Notes: generated by a model from the sequence alone, not told the origin. Positions 32,439 to 45,711 are shown, counted from the first letter of the stretch. The stretch: DNA of 64,000 bases from an uncultured virus (IMG/VR IMGVR_UViG_2850943043_000004) (IMGVR_UViG_2850943043_000004:62001-126000); one strand, 5' to 3'. Made by a program: numbers and translations.

Positions 32439-32908
32439 TTGGGGAGACAAGTTAAATGTCCTTATTGCGAGACCAAGTTAGACAAAGACTCAGCAATTCC
32501 TTATAAAAAAAGATATTACCATGAAAAGTGTTTTAATACCTGGAAGCAAGAATCAGATCACAGAAAAGAGTTAATTCAATACATATGCAATTTATATGGT
32601 CTTACATCTCCAACTGGCATGATGTTGAAACAAATTAAAGAGTTTCAAGAGGAATATGGGTATAAGCTTAAAGGCATTGAACTAGCGCTTAGGTACTTTT
32701 ATGAAACTTTGGATAATCAACCTAGAGAAGGTGATGGCATTGGAATCGTTCCATTTGTTTATGATGAAGCAAAGCGGCATTACATTAGACAAAAAGCCAT
32801 CCGAAAATCAGCTGAAGATCCAAAGAATCATAAAAGAGAAGAAATTACGTTAGTCATAAAAAAGGAATGAGAAAGAAAAGAAGACTAGTTGATATCTCAA
32901 CGCTATAG
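32439..32908 (+). CDS. yorH: YorH zinc-binding protein
   Basis: CPYC..HEKC; frameshift near the 3' end. Confidence 0.7.
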
Positions 32909-32922
32909 GAAGGAGAGTCCAT

Positions 32923-34434
32923 TTGCTACAAGACAAACAGGCAATAATTCAAGTTTTAGGGAGCATTTTAAAAGATCCCACAATCTTGTCAGAGAGCAAT
33001 AAATATAAGATAACTTCGGATGATTTTCCTTCAAGGTTTCATTCAATATTATTTTTTGCCATGAGCAACCTATTTCATCAAGGAACTGAAGTATTGAATG
33101 ACGTTGAAATAGATGGATATCTAAAGGATTACGATATTCAATATAAAATTTTCCATGATAATAAGGGTCTTGAATATATAGAAAAATACAAGAGTTGGCA
33201 GTTGTCGAAAACTTTGATTACCACTATAAAAGATTAAAAAGTTTAGTCTGCTTAGAGAAATGGATGGCTTGGGATTCGATATTAAGGAAATATATGATGA
33301 ATCTCTGATTGACCCAAAAGAACAAGAAAAGATGCAAGAACAGTTTGATAAGAAGTCGATTGATGAAATTTTGACAGCTTATGAAATGAAGATTGTAGAC
33401 ATAAAAGAAAAATTCAGAACTTCATCTGAAAGTATGGGAATCCAGGGTGGAGAAGGTATTAATGAATTATTGGATTCATTCGAAGAGTCGCCGGATATTG
33501 GAGTTCCATTAAATAGCGAAATGCTTACTTCAATTTTTCGGGGATCACGGAAGAAAAAGTTCTATCTGCGCTCAAGTATTACAGGTGGCGGTAAAACAAG
33601 AAACATGGTCGCTGACGCTTGTCGCTTAAGTGCAACTGAACTTTATGATCCTAAAAAGAAGGAATGGGTATCAAACCCATGGAGTGAAAGTTCTACAGTT
33701 ATTTCAACAGAAATGATGGCCGAAGAATTGCAAAGTTTAGCACTTGCCTACATTAGTAGTGTAGAAGAGAAAAAAATCCTTAGAAACACAATCAATGAAA
33801 AAGAAAAACAACTTGTTCGTAAGGCTGCTAAGGTTCTTCAAGAGTCTAACATATGGTTCGAACATCTGCCTGATTTTAATATTCAGGAGATTGAAAGAAC
33901 AATTGAAAAGAACGTCATTAAAACAATGTAGAGTACGTTTATTTCGATTATATTCACTCATCAGTAACCATTTTTTCAGAGATGAGCAAAAAAAGCGGTG
34001 TCAACTTGAGGGAAGACCAAATTCTTTTGCTTATGTCGGATAAGTTAAAGGGCTTATGTAACAAATACGATGTCTATATGATGAGCGCAACTCAGTTGAA
34101 TGGTGATTGGAAAGAAGCATGGTTAAAAGGACAAGTAATAGATGCTTCTTATTTGAGAGGAAGTAAGGCTATCGCAGATAAAACAGATGCTGCAATGATT
34201 ATTCTTCCTTTAAGTAAAAAAGAGAAGGATGCAATTGATCCAATTTTAAAAGAAGGATTTTATCCAGAGCCAAATTTTGTTACACATGTATTTAAAAATA
34301 GGGGAAATGAGTATGACAAAGTTAAAGTCTTCTCCCATATCAATATGGGCAACATGCGGATAAAGGACTGTTTCACAACAAATCTTGACAATGAACTAAT
34401 CACAGTTGAGAAATTGAATATAAAAGCAGGATGA
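32923..34434 (+). CDS. yorI: replicative helicase YorI (DnaB-like), split by frameshifts
   Basis: SITGGGKT, STEM, SATQLN and LRGSKAIADK motifs. Confidence 0.85.
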
Positions 34435-34449
34435 GGGGTGTAGCGCCCT

Positions 34450-35582
34450 TTGAAGTATGATAAAGACAGAGTAAAAGAAAGCCTGACCATTGAGGATATA
34501 CATAAGATTTTAAAAGATTTAGGTAGTGAGAACAATCAGTGGGATCAACAAGGAAATCCAATCTACAGAACCGTTTGTCACAATGCTGCTGGTGGAAGTT
34601 ATAAGCTGTATTACTATCATGAAGCAAAACAGTTTCACTGTTATACAGAGTGTGGAGATAATTTTGATGTATTTGAACTTGTTATAAGAGCAAAAAGCCA
34701 AAAAGGAATTAATATTTCTTTTAACCAGGCTATCGAATATGTTGCCAAAATAGCAGGAAGAACATTTGGATTCGGGAATAGAGAGACATACATAAACAAT
34801 GATTTGATTGATGACTGGGAATGGATGGGGAAGTTCAAAAAGAAGAAAAAAATACATATTGAGCTCCCCAGCTTTAATGAAACTGTTCTAGATGTGTTTG
34901 TGCCTTATCCTCACCAATTGTGGCTAGGTGAGGGAATAAGTCATAAGACATTAAAAGAGTTTGAGATTGGGTACTATTTTAGACCACATACAGAAGGGAT
35001 TACCATTCCCCATCGAGATTTAAACAATAGGTTGATTGGTATACGTAGGCGCTCAATGATTAAAGAAGAAGTTGATGCAGGCTATAAATATATGCCTTTA
35101 AAAGTTGGCAATATCTTATATAACCATCAAACAATGATGAATCTATATGGATTACATAAAACAAAAATTCGATAGAAAGGTTCAAGAAAGTATTGATTTT
35201 CGAATCAGAAAATCAGTATTAAAATGCCAAGACTTTTACGGTGAATCAAACTTCACCTGTGCTGTTTGTTCAAGTAATATTTCTAATTTTCACCGGGACA
35301 TTTTATTGTCTCTTGGTGTTGAAGAAGTTTTTATTGCTCTTGATAAATACCGACCACCAAAAGAACATGAAACAGAGGAGAAATATCAACAAAATTGGTT
35401 GAATATCAGAAGAAATTCTAAAGCTCGCAGCAAAATTTACTCCTTATGTTCGTGTGTATGCTTTGTGGGATTATGAAGGCTTACTGGATTATAAGGACAG
35501 CCCAGCTGACAAGGGAAAGGAAACTCTAGAGGAGCTAATGAGAAGGAAAATTGAGATTGGCACAGATGAAGGGGGAATTTAA
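34450..35582 (+). CDS. yorJ: DNA primase-like YorJ (frameshifted)
   Basis: CH..CYTEC zinc domain, IPHRD..IGIRRR, TOPRIM-like IALD. Confidence 0.8.
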
Positions 35583-37310
35583 TGGAGTATAAACTAATTG
35601 GAGACAATGATTATAATTTCGATCCTTTAGCTACTATCTTGAGAAATAGAGGCATAGAAGATCCAAAGTTGTTTGTTAATGTTGATCACAGTTCAGTTAT
35701 TCATTATTCAAAGCTTAATAATATTGATAAAGCTGCAGATTGTCTTATCAAGCATTTAAAGAATAAAATAAATTGTTTGTTCAGGTAGACAGTGATGTTG
35801 ATGGATACACATCCAGCTCAATCATTATAAATTACATAAAGAAGATTTGTCCGAAAGCTAATATACATTACAGAATTCAAGATGGGAAAGAGCATGGGAT
35901 TTTTATTGATACAATTCCTGATGATGTTGACTTAGTCATAATCCCAGATGCAGGTTCAAGTCAATTTGAGGAACATGAGGCTCTTAATAAGAGAGGCACA
36001 GAAATAATTGTTATTGATCACCATGAATGTGAACGAGTGTCTGAACACGCGATCGTAGTAAATAATCAACATTCGCCTAATTATTCGAATAAAACTCTGA
36101 CAGGTGCAGGAATGGCCTATAAATTTTGCCAAGCAGTAGATGAAAAGCTAAATAAAAATGAAGCTGAACAATTCTTAGACCTTGTATCTATTGGTAACAT
36201 TGCAGATTCGGCTGATTCAAGAAACCTTGAAACCAGGTATTTTATGAATGAAGGCTTGAAGAAAATTAAGCATCCATTATTAAAGAAGCTATTTAAGAAG
36301 CAAGAGTTTTCAACCAAGGGTGACAAGAACATACAGAATACACAATTCTTTATTAACCCCTTAATTAACGCTGCCATTAGGGTTGGAAGCAGTGAAGAAA
36401 AAGATCAAATGATGAGAGCATTCTTACTTTCTAAAGAAAAGGTCCCCTACAAAAACGTGGACAAAATGATACTGAGCTTGTGTCAATTCATGATGACACG
36501 GTTAGGGTTCTAGGAAATCTAAAGGCAAAGCAGAAGCGAATTGCTGATGCAGCTGGAGCTGAAATTAAAAATAGAATAGAGGAGAAAAATTTAACAGCGA
36601 ATAAAGTACTCATTGTTTACATTGAAGGGATTCTAGATAAAAGCCTAACTGGACTGGTGGCCAATCAGCTTGCAGAAGAATATAAAAAGCCGGTCTTGTT
36701 AGCTAGGAACGATCCAGAGAAAGGTAAAGAGATCTTGAGTGGCTCTATACGAGGATATGACAAAGGGTTTATTAAGGACTTTAAAAAAGTGCTTTTAGAA
36801 ACTGGATTATTTGAGTTTGTTGAAGGTCATCCAAACGCAGCTGGATTTGCAATTAGACGAGAGAACTTAATCCTGGTAAACGAAGTGCTGAATGAAAAAT
36901 TTAAAGACATAGATATCGAAGAAGATAATCAGTATGTTGATTTTGAGATACCAGCAAAACAATTGAGAAAAGAATTTATACTTCAACTTGATGGTTACAA
37001 AGACTATTGGGGTTACAAAGTAGAAGAACCATTAATAGCAATAACGGATCTTGAAATTGATGTCGAACAAATTGAACATTTAGGAAAAAAAAATAAGACA
37101 ACAGTTAAATTCAAGCATGGTGATATTGAATACATAAGATTTAAAAGTGATGAGAATTACTTTAATCAGCTTACAGAAACAAATGGAACATTAATCATTA
37201 ATGTAATTGGTAAAGCAAAGGCAAATGAATACAAAGGCAAGAAAACACCTCAAATCGAGATTTATGAATTGGAGGTGGTTCGCACAAAACAAAAAGAACT
37301 TGTGTTTTAA
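35582..37310 (+). CDS. yorK: RecJ-like ssDNA exonuclease YorK (frameshifted)
   Basis: DSDVDG, IDHH, GSIR and GHPNAAG motifs. Confidence 0.9.
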
Positions 37311-37322
37311 GGGGGAAGAAAG

Positions 37323-40300
37323 TTGATAGGATGTCACTGCCACACAGATAGGAGTAACATAAGGCTTCTAGATTCAACAAACTCAGTTAAAGAACTGCTC
37401 AAAACTGCAGTAAAGATGGAATATAAGGGATTGGCCATAACAGACCATGAAGTCCTCTCAGCACATTTAGATGCTATTCGAACAGTTAGAGAAATGAAAA
37501 AGAAGGGGATATGCCAGAAGATTTTAAACTGATATTGGGCAATGAAGCGTACCTAGTCGATTCTTTAGAGGAAGTTCGAGATAACTATAAATCGGGAGTG
37601 ACAAAATTTCCGCATTTCTTGATGTTGGCAATTGATCCAAGAGGACATGAGCAGTTAAGAATACTGTCTTCTCAAGCCTGGGAAAACTCATTTTATACAG
37701 GAACAATGGAAAGAGTGCCGACAGTAAAAAAGATGTAGAGGAGCTATTAAGTAAAGATCCAGGCCACATCCTTGCTACCACAGCTTGCTTGGGGTCTGAG
37801 GTAAACATTCACCTGTTAAAGATAAAGGCTTTTGAAGAAACTGGTGATTCTCAGTCAATTAAGCAGCACAAACTAAAGATTCATGAGTTTATAACTTGGT
37901 GTATAGAGGTTTTGGGAAGGATAAGTTTTTTATCGAGCTTCAACCTGCACTGAGTGAAGAACAGATTTACTGTAACAAGAAGCTGATAGATATAGCCAAC
38001 GGGTATGACTTGCAAATGATTGTTACAACAGATGCTCACTATCTAAGACCAGAAGATAGAGCAATTCATCAAGCCTTTTTAAACGCTAAGGATGGAGAAA
38101 GAGAAGTTGATTCCTTTTATGAAGCCTGTTTCGTTCAAAACGTTGATGAAATTCACGAGAGAATGGACTACATTGATAAAGAAGTCATCGATCAGGCCAT
38201 AAAAATACAATGCTCATTGGTGAGATGATTGAAGACTATACTATAGAGCACGAACCAATTATCCCTAAGATGGAGCTTCCTAACTTTAAATTAAGACATT
38301 TATTTAAACCAGCATATGATCAATATGAATATATAAAAAGATGTCTGAATCATCAGATGAACAAGATAGATATCTCCTTAAGTTAATTGAGGACGGATTT
38401 GAAGAGAAATTAAAGACAAGCGAACTAACGAGAGAAGCTTTTCATAAAATATTGAATAGGATTAACGTTGAGCTGGGTGAACTTTGGGAAATCAGCCAAA
38501 AGCTGAACCAGTCTATGCCTTCTTATTACATAACAGTTAGAGAAATCATTAATATTATTTGGGATGATGAGTGTGGAGGAGACAGTTTAGTTGGGGCAGC
38601 CAGGGGAAGTGCTGCAGGTTACTTAGTTAATTATCTTCTCGATAACACTCAAATTAATCCAATGCAATATGATTTACCACATTGGAGACATATACATAAA
38701 TCGAGACCTGACCTTCCAGATATCGATATTGATACTGAAGGATCAAAAAGACAAAAATTCTTAAGGCACTTAGAGAAAGGTTTGGAGAGAAACGTGTTCT
38801 TCAAATTGCTACTTTTGGAACTGAGGGTTCAAAATCAGCGCTTCAGACAGCGTGTAGAGGCTTAGGAATCGATAATGATATATCTCAGTATTTAAGTGGA
38901 ATGATTCCATTTGAAAGAGGATCTAACTGGCCTTTAACACATTGTTTTTATGGTGACAAAGAAACTGGCAGGAAGCCGATTAAAGAGTTTATTAGGGAGG
39001 TTGAACAATACCCTAATCTTAAAGAAACAGCTCTAAAAATTGAAGGGTTAACTAATAAGCGCTCTTCTCATGCAGCCGGAGTAATTATCTTTAACGATGA
39101 ATATACAAAGGCGAATGCAATGATGAAAACTCCTAAAGGAGCTTATATTACACAGTTTAATATGGGTGACAGTGAAGCCATGGGCTCAGTAAAGTTTGAC
39201 CTTCTTACAATTGAAGCTTTAGATAAGATTAGAGTAACATTAGACCAATTAATCGAGAATAAAGAAATTGAATGGCAAGGAAGCTTAAAGGAAACCTACA
39301 ACAAATACATCCATCCAGACGTAATTGAGTACGAAGATGATAAGCTATGGGAAATGGCAGGTAATGGGGAGATCATGGATTTGTTCCAGTTCTCAACTGA
39401 AGTCGGTCATCAATCAGTTGTCAAAGTAAAACCTAAGAACTTACTTGAAGCAGCAGTAACCAATTCTTTAATGAGGCTTATGTCAGACGGTGAAGAACAG
39501 CCTGTAGATACATATGTAAAATACAAAAATGACCTTAATAAATGGTATGAAGAAATGAAGCGGTATGGCCTAAGCGAAAAGGAAATCAAAGTATTGGAGA
39601 GGCACCTTAAGGACATTTATGGTGTTGCTGATACTCAAGAAGTGGTTATGCAGATGGTTATGGACAAAGATATAGCTAACTTTGACATTAAAGAATCTAA
39701 TTATCTTAGGAAATCCATAGCAAAAAAGAAAGAAGATGTACTAAAAGAAGTAGAAGAATTGTTTTTCAAAAAAGGAAAGGAAATTGGCACCTCAGATAAC
39801 CTTTTGAATTATGTCTGGAATGTTCAATTTAAAAGACAGTTTGGCTACAGTTTTAGTTTACTTCATACCTTGGCATATTCAATTATTGCATTACAGGAAT
39901 TGAACTTAAACTATCGATATAATCCTTTATACTGGAATACTGCTTGTTTAACGGTAAACAGCGGAGGAATAGATACCGAGGATACAAAAGACAACAAAAA
40001 GACAGCTGCTACAAACTACGGAAAAGTTGCTTCAGCCATCGGAAACATCAGACAAAGAGGGATTAAAATAGACCTTCCAGATATAAATAAGGCTGATTTT
40101 GGTTTTAGGACTGATATTAACAACAATTCAATTTTATTTGGACTTAAAGGAATGAATGGAATTGGAGACGATGTTATTCATCATATAGTTCTAAATAGAC
40201 CATATAGTGACTTTAATGACTTTATTGAAAGAATGTTTAAGAGCGGCATTATTAAGAAAGGACAAGTAATCCAATTAATAAAAGGAGGCTGCTTTGATTC

Positions 40301-41233
40301 TTTTGGAGACAGGCAAGAAATCATGAAGGCCTTTATTAGCTTAATATCAGAACCAAAAAGTAAGCTTACGTTGTCTAATTTAAAAGTGCTAATTGAAAAC
40401 AACATTGTTCCTTCAGAATTTGCACAAGAAGTGAGATTTTTCGCTTTAAAGATTACATCAGCAAAAAGGTGTACAAAACATTAAAGTCGCCAAAAGATAA
40501 ATTTCTTTTATTGGATGATGTATCAGCTTCATTTTATAACCAGCATTTCAGTGAGGATAGTGTTGTTGACATGTTAAACGGGCAGCTTGTCATTTCTGAA
40601 AAAGCTTTTAAAAAAGAATATGATAACAAGATGTCTAATATAAAGTCCTGGATAACAACAGAAGAACCACTGAAGAAATTGAATGATTGTTTATTAATAA
40701 AAGAGTGGGAAAAATACGCCGATGGGTCATTAGGCAAGTGGGAAATGGATTCATTGAGCTATTATTATAATGACCATGAGCTTTCTGGTGTAAACTTTGC
40801 CAAGTATGATATTGCTGACTTTTATAAACTGCCAGCAGAGCCAGTCAAAGGTAAACCTTATCAATGGAGAGGGAAAACTCTCTATGAATATGAGACTACA
40901 CGGATTATAGGCACTGTTTTAGATAGGGATAAAAACAAACATACAATTACTCTTCTAACACCTACAGGGGTAGTTACAGTTAAACAGTGGTCGGGTAGCT
41001 TTAGTCATTACAATAAACAGATTTCTAGATCCATTGGCGGCGGAAAGAAAGAGGTAGTCGAGAAATCTTGGTATACCAGAGGAACATTGCTCATGTTTAC
41101 TGGTTTCAGAAGAGGTAACAATTTTATTCCGAAAGTCTATAAAGATAGCATATATAATCACACTGTCTGCAGAATAGACAATGTTGATAATGAAGGAAAT
41201 ATGAGTTTGACAACTAAAAGGACAGAAATATAA
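37323..41233 (+). CDS. yorL: DNA polymerase III alpha (DnaE-type) YorL, several frameshifts
   Basis: PHP HCHTD/AITDH, RGSAAG, PDIDID, HAAGVII, KFDLL. Confidence 0.93.
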
Positions 41234-41255
41234 ATCTTAACTGATAATAGGAGAG

Positions 41256-41974
41256 ATGAAAATTTTCAAAAAACTTATAGACAAATATAAAAAATATGTA
41301 TATCATAGAGTTAACGAAATGACACTTTTTGCTACAATTGGTTTGTTAGGAGTAGGGCTCGTTTATAGCGCTAAAAACTTGTATACACATCAAGACAATC
41401 AAGTCTCAATAAAAGAGTCATTTTATCTAAATAAAAAAGAGGTGACCCAAAAACTAATTCATGAAATTGACGTTCCAAGAATCCTTCCTAGGCTAAAGAG
41501 TGAGGAAGAAAAGCAAGCTGAAAGTAGAAAAAAGTATCTTAATGCGACGATTACATATCTAACAGAAGAAAATAAAAAGCAGCAAAACACAAAAACAAAA
41601 AAAGTGCAAAAATTAATAAAAAGAGAAGTGAAGATAACCCAGCTTCAAAAAGTACTAATGTAAAGGCAGTGAAGAGTCATGAAGTGATTGCCACTGCTTA
41701 CACAGCGTTTTGTTCTACAGGGTGCACAGGGAAAACAAAAACCGGCTATGATGTATCAAACACATCCTATTACAATGGAAAAAGAATAATCGCTGTTGAT
41801 CCAGAAATAATTCCTTTGTATTCATTAGTGCAAGTTTCATATGAAGGGAATAGCTTTCAAGCATATGCAATAGATACAGGAGGAGATATTAAAAACAATC
41901 GTATTGATATTCTAATGGACAGTGAGCAAGAAGCAAATGCATTTGGTCGTAAAGATGTAAGAGTAAGCTGGTAA
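41256..41974 (+). CDS. yorM: YorM, N-terminal TM plus 3D domain (frameshifted)
   Basis: ATAYT, IAVDP and AIDTGGDIKNNRIDI motifs. Confidence 0.8.
41278..41305 (+). promoter_or_regulatory. SPBRE/promoter
   Basis: TAGACAAATATAAAAAATATGTATATCAT. Confidence 0.7.
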
Positions 41975-42082
41975 ATCAATCCAAATGACAGAAAGGTATA
42001 AACATTTCAACAATTCGTTCGATGCAATACATAACATGAAATTTATCCCAAGGAAAACTATTACATAGAGAGAGTGAAGAGG

Positions 42083-42241
42083 ATGTTCATTTTAGATAAA
42101 GAGGCCAGGGTCAAATCAACTGGGGAGTGCGGGGTTATTGAAGCCATTTACCCTGAAACAAAGACAGTGGAACTTTGTTATTATGATGGAACTTATGATG
42201 AAAGGAGTTTTGATGATGTTGTTATGGCATCAAGTAGTTAA
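42083..42241 (+). CDS. YorN-like small protein
   Basis: 52-codon ORF MFILDKEARVKSTGECG.. Confidence 0.55.
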   Translation: MFILDKEARVKSTGECGVIEAIYPETKTVELCYYDGTYDERSFDDVVMASSS

Positions 42242-42277
42242 AATTTCAAGACAAAATTAAAAAATAGGGTGAGATAA

Positions 42278-42475
42278 TTGAAGTGTATTCAAATTGAAAT
42301 GTCATTCACAGACGAATATGGACAGGTAACCAAATTAAATAAGACTTATAAACCGTCGATTATTGAAGAACATAAAGGGGAAATCCCTGGATTGTTGTTA
42401 GATGATTTTAAGAGGTTCTTGTCGTCCCTTGGGTTTAATGAAAAACAGGTTTCTAGAATAGTAACAGAAGATTAA
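42278..42475 (+). CDS. YorO-like protein
   Basis: 65 aa, syntenic. Confidence 0.6.
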   Translation: MKCIQIEMSFTDEYGQVTKLNKTYKPSIIEEHKGEIPGLLLDDFKRFLSSLGFNEKQVSRIVTED

Positions 42476-42507
42476 GAGGTTTTTTATTGAGGGGAGGTGG
42501 TATTAAA

Positions 42508-42723
42508 TTGCCTAAATACTGGAGTTATCCTGTTGGGCTAGCTGTAGAAATTAACAATAATGCACGATACGGATGCCCACATCATGTGGGGAGAAAAGGA
42601 AAGATTATCGAGCATTTACATTCAGCTACATATGACTATGCAGTTAGCGATGAAACAGGTGACATTACTTACTTTAAAGAACATGAATTAACGCCACTAA
42701 AGGGAGGATTAACTTATGTTTAG
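42508..42723 (+). CDS. yorP: YorP
   Basis: MPKYWSYPVGLAVEINNNARYGCPHHVGRKG. Confidence 0.85.
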   Translation: MPKYWSYPVGLAVEINNNARYGCPHHVGRKGKIIEHLHSATYDYAVSDETGDITYFKEHELTPLKGGLTYV

Positions 42724-42871
42724 AAAAGGTCAAAAGGTAATTGTTGATTTTACAGATGAGATTGGAGCTGTTGCGAAAGTTGATTACCGATACAACCAGG
42801 TAGAAGTGAAGTATCCTGACGGTACTTATCAGGTTGTTGGATTTCATAAAATAAGAAAGGTGGAGGATTAA
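42716..42871 (+). CDS. YorQ-like 51-aa protein
   Basis: MFRKGQKVIVDF..; overlapping start/stop. Confidence 0.6.
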   Translation: MFRKGQKVIVDFTDEIGAVAKVDYRYNQVEVKYPDGTYQVVGFHKIRKVED

Positions 42872-43368
42872 TGGCATTAATTATCTTGGAGGGGCCTGAT
42901 TGCTGCTTTAAATCAACAGTTGCAGCAAAGCTAAGCAAAGAACTGAAGTATCCAATTATCAAAGGTTCAAGCTTTAAGTTGGCCACAAGCGGGAATGAGA
43001 AATTATTCGAGCACTTCAACAAATTAGCTGACGAAGACAACGTGATTATTGACAGGTTTGTTTATTCTAACTTGGTATATGCAAAGAAATTCAAAGATTA
43101 CTCGATCCTTACAGAGCAACAGCTTAGATTTATTGAGGATAAAATTAAAGCAAAAACGAAGGTTGTATACTTACATGCTGATCCAAGCATTATTAAGGAA
43201 CGGTTAAACGTACGGGGAGATGAGTATATAGAAGGAAAAGACATTGATTCAATTTTAGAGTTGTATAGAGAAGTTATGAGCAATGCGGGATTACATACAT
43301 ATTCATGGGATACTGGACAATGGTCAAGTGACGAAATTGCTAAAGACATAATCTTTTTAGTGGAATAG
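42871..43368 (+). CDS. yorR: nucleotide kinase YorR
   Basis: LEGPDCCFKST P-loop, IIDRF. Confidence 0.85.
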   Translation: MALIILEGPDCCFKSTVAAKLSKELKYPIIKGSSFKLATSGNEKLFEHFNKLADEDNVIIDRFVYSNLVYAKKFKDYSILTEQQLRFIEDKIKAKTKVVYLHADPSIIKERLNVRGDEYIEGKDIDSILELYREVMSNAGLHTYSWDTGQWSSDEIAKDIIFLVE

Positions 43369-43376
43369 GGGAATTT

Positions 43377-43894
43377 ATGAAAAAAGTAATTGCAATTGAC
43401 ATGGATCAGGTCTTAGCTGATTTACTAAGTGATTGGGTAGCTAACATTAACACACACGATGATCCTTTTCTCAAAGAGGAGGACATCCTGTGCTGGGATA
43501 TAAAAAAATATACAAATACCAACAATAATGTTTATAGACATTTAGATTACAATTTGTTCAGAAATCTTGATGTTATAGAAGGCAGCCAAAGAGTAGTAAA
43601 AGAGCTGATGAAGAAATATGAAGTATATGTTGTGACTACTGCAACAAACCATCCAGAGTCCCTTAAAGCAAAGCTTGAATGGCTTACTGAGCATTTTTCA
43701 TTTATCCCACATAGCAATGTAGTGCTTTGTGGCAATAAAAGCATAATTAAAGCAGACATCATGATAGATGACGCAATACATAACTTAGAATCATTTGAAG
43801 GAATGAAGATTCTATTTGATGCTCCCATAACAGGAATGACAACAGATTTATTCGTGTTATGAACTGGGAAGAGATTGAACGAAAATTACTTTAA
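43377..43894 (+). CDS. yorS: 5'(3')-deoxyribonucleotidase YorS (HAD)
   Basis: DMDQVLAD, MIDD; frameshift near 43825. Confidence 0.88.
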
Positions 43895-43917
43895 AATATC
43901 TCATTTATAGAGTTTGA

Positions 43918-44175
43918 TTAAATCTTATGAATAACAAGCACGTACCCATTTTCTAAAAGCTCATTTAAGTTTTCACTCACTTTACTTGGATACGGATGTA
44001 CTTTAAGTAAATCAGAATACTCAATGTAAGAGTTGGAGTCACAAAAGTCTGCAATAAATAACAAAAGGCTTAAAGCGCTTGTACTTAAATTTGTTTTGAG
44101 CCTATCAACATCATGACAATAAGTCGCTTCATCATTGTATTCTTTATTAAAAATGGAAGATGGTTTAAGTTTCAT
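43918..44175 (-). CDS. hypothetical, possibly winged-helix
   Basis: AAGGTAGG RBS; C-terminus LNELLENGYV; flanked by junction sites. Confidence 0.55.
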   Translation of the reverse strand: MKLKPSSIFNKEYNDEATYCHDVDRLKTNLSTSALSLLLFIADFCDSNSYIEYSDLLKVHPYPSKVSENLNELLENGYVLVIHKI

Positions 44176-44280
44176 CGTCTCACCCTACCTTAATTTAATG
44201 ATAACTGAATATTGAGAAAATGAACAAGAAAATATGAAAATTTAGATAAAAGATCAATTTTATCGAAATGAGGTTGTGAA

Positions 44281-44559
44281 ATGGAAGTTAAATGGTTAGT
44301 TATTTTTAATGATTGTAAAACCGGCAGTTCTTTGAGTGAGCTTACATATAGTAAGGATGGGGAAGGAAACCACCTAAGATTAGAGTCAATGGTGCCTCGT
44401 ACAGGTGACTATATTGTAGGAGGAGATCTGTCATCAGATATAAATGATAAGAGGTGCTTTATTGTGAAAAATGTCTTCTGGAATCTAGATAGGAGAGATA
44501 TAGAGGTTTATCTTTATGAGGTTGACAGGACTGTTTTCCCTTTATATAAATCGCTATAA
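44281..44559 (+). CDS. hypothetical protein
   Basis: ORF flanked by junction sites at 44247 and 44557. Confidence 0.6.
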   Translation: MEVKWLVIFNDCKTGSSLSELTYSKDGEGNHLRLESMVPRTGDYIVGGDLSSDINDKRCFIVKNVFWNLDRRDIEVYLYEVDRTVFPLYKSL

Positions 44560-44602
44560 AATTTGTCTTTTACTCAAATATAAAATAAGAGGAGTGTATT
44601 GA

Positions 44603-44821
44603 TTGGAAAGTTACCCTGAGTCCTTAAAAAGAGAGACAGAGGAGATTAAAGAGCGTGTTAGGAATGGAAATATCAAAGAAGACAGGATTAAAGAAATTGC
44701 AGAAACGACAGTTGAGTTTTTGAAATCAGAGGAGAAAAGACATAAATACTTTTCTGAAGTTGCTGCAGCTATGGCTGATAACTTAAGTGAGTTTTTCAAA
44801 TCTTATTTAAAAGGAGAGTGA
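44603..44821 (+). CDS. YorV-like protein
   Basis: 72 aa, syntenic. Confidence 0.6.
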   Translation: MESYPESLKRETEEIKERVRNGNIKEDRIKEIAETTVEFLKSEEKRHKYFSEVAAAMADNLSEFFKSYLKGE

Positions 44822-44823
44822 AT

Positions 44824-45188
44824 ATGCTAACTGATCAAGAAAAAATTGACTTGGTAAACGCTCTTGATTTTGTAGTTATTGAACCACATACACAAAGCAT
44901 TTACGTACATAACGATGAAAAGACCAATGGAGTATTAGCTAGGGTTTTGCACACTATTTCAGTAGATGAGTATATTGAGAGCTTTAAAAAGGGAGTCTAA
45001 TTGATATCTTTCCAGCAGCAATGCAAGAAGCCGGTGCGGAAGGATTTAAAGATGGCCAGTTTGTGATTATGCCAAAGAAATTTTATGTTGATCAATGTTA
45101 TGCGATGAGTAAGGAAATCGAGCGGTTAACTAACCTAATCACTCTACACAATATTAAACCAAATACATATCAAGGCTTGATTCATTAA
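44824..45188 (+). CDS. YorW-like protein (frameshifted)
   Basis: Continues past 45000 in another frame. Confidence 0.55.
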
Positions 45189-45227
45189 ATTGTTTCAAGA
45201 AAAAATGAAAGGATAAAGGGATGTTTA

Positions 45228-45455
45228 TTGAAAAAGTATTATGTAAGGTGTAAAGATAGCAAAGGTGAAAATGCGTCTCTAGTTATTGAGGCGCTATCAC
45301 CTGAACATGCAAAAGAACAAGCATACGAAGTACATGAGGTAAGGGATATTTATAATGTAAGTCTGGGAGAAGGAAAGTCAAGGAATTATCTTGAGCGAAA
45401 ATATTCTCCATACATAAAAAATGACAATGGAAAAGCCATAACCATATTTTCATAA
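45228..45455 (+). CDS. YorX-like protein
   Basis: 75 aa. Confidence 0.6.
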   Translation: MKKYYVRCKDSKGENASLVIEALSPEHAKEQAYEVHEVRDIYNVSLGEGKSRNYLERKYSPYIKNDNGKAITIFS

Positions 45456-45467
45456 GGAGAGGGTATC

Positions 45468-45650
45468 ATTAAGGATATTGTTAGAGATCTTGTAATTGAT
45501 GATATAGATGCTGTTGAAGGGATATTAGATAAGCTTTATGTTTATTTGGAGAACACACTTAGGCCTGAAGAAAAGCGTGTTTGGGAGCGGTGTGATAAAG
45601 ATATAATGTCTGTTTTTGCAAAGCTGAAAAATATTAAAGAAATTATTTAA
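45468..45650 (+). CDS. YorY-like 60-aa protein with ATT start
   Basis: AAGGAGAGG RBS, then ATT AAG GAT.. open for 60 codons. Confidence 0.6.
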   Translation: MKDIVRDLVIDDIDAVEGILDKLYVYLENTLRPEEKRVWERCDKDIMSVFAKLKNIKEII

Positions 45651-45657
45651 AAACCGA

Positions 45658-45686
45658 TAGACAAAAACAAATAATATGTATATAAT
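45658..45686 (+). promoter_or_regulatory. SPBRE/promoter
   Basis: TAGACAAAAACAAATAATATGTATATAAT. Confidence 0.8.
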
Positions 45687-45711
45687 AAATTTACATTAAA
45701 GGCGAAGGAGA

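Noticed and set aside
7344..41233. Split aimR, yopR, yorI, yorK and yorL as pseudogenes or programmed frameshifts
   Set aside because: The breaks I traced are 1-nt losses in homopolymers spread across the window; assembly error is the simpler explanation
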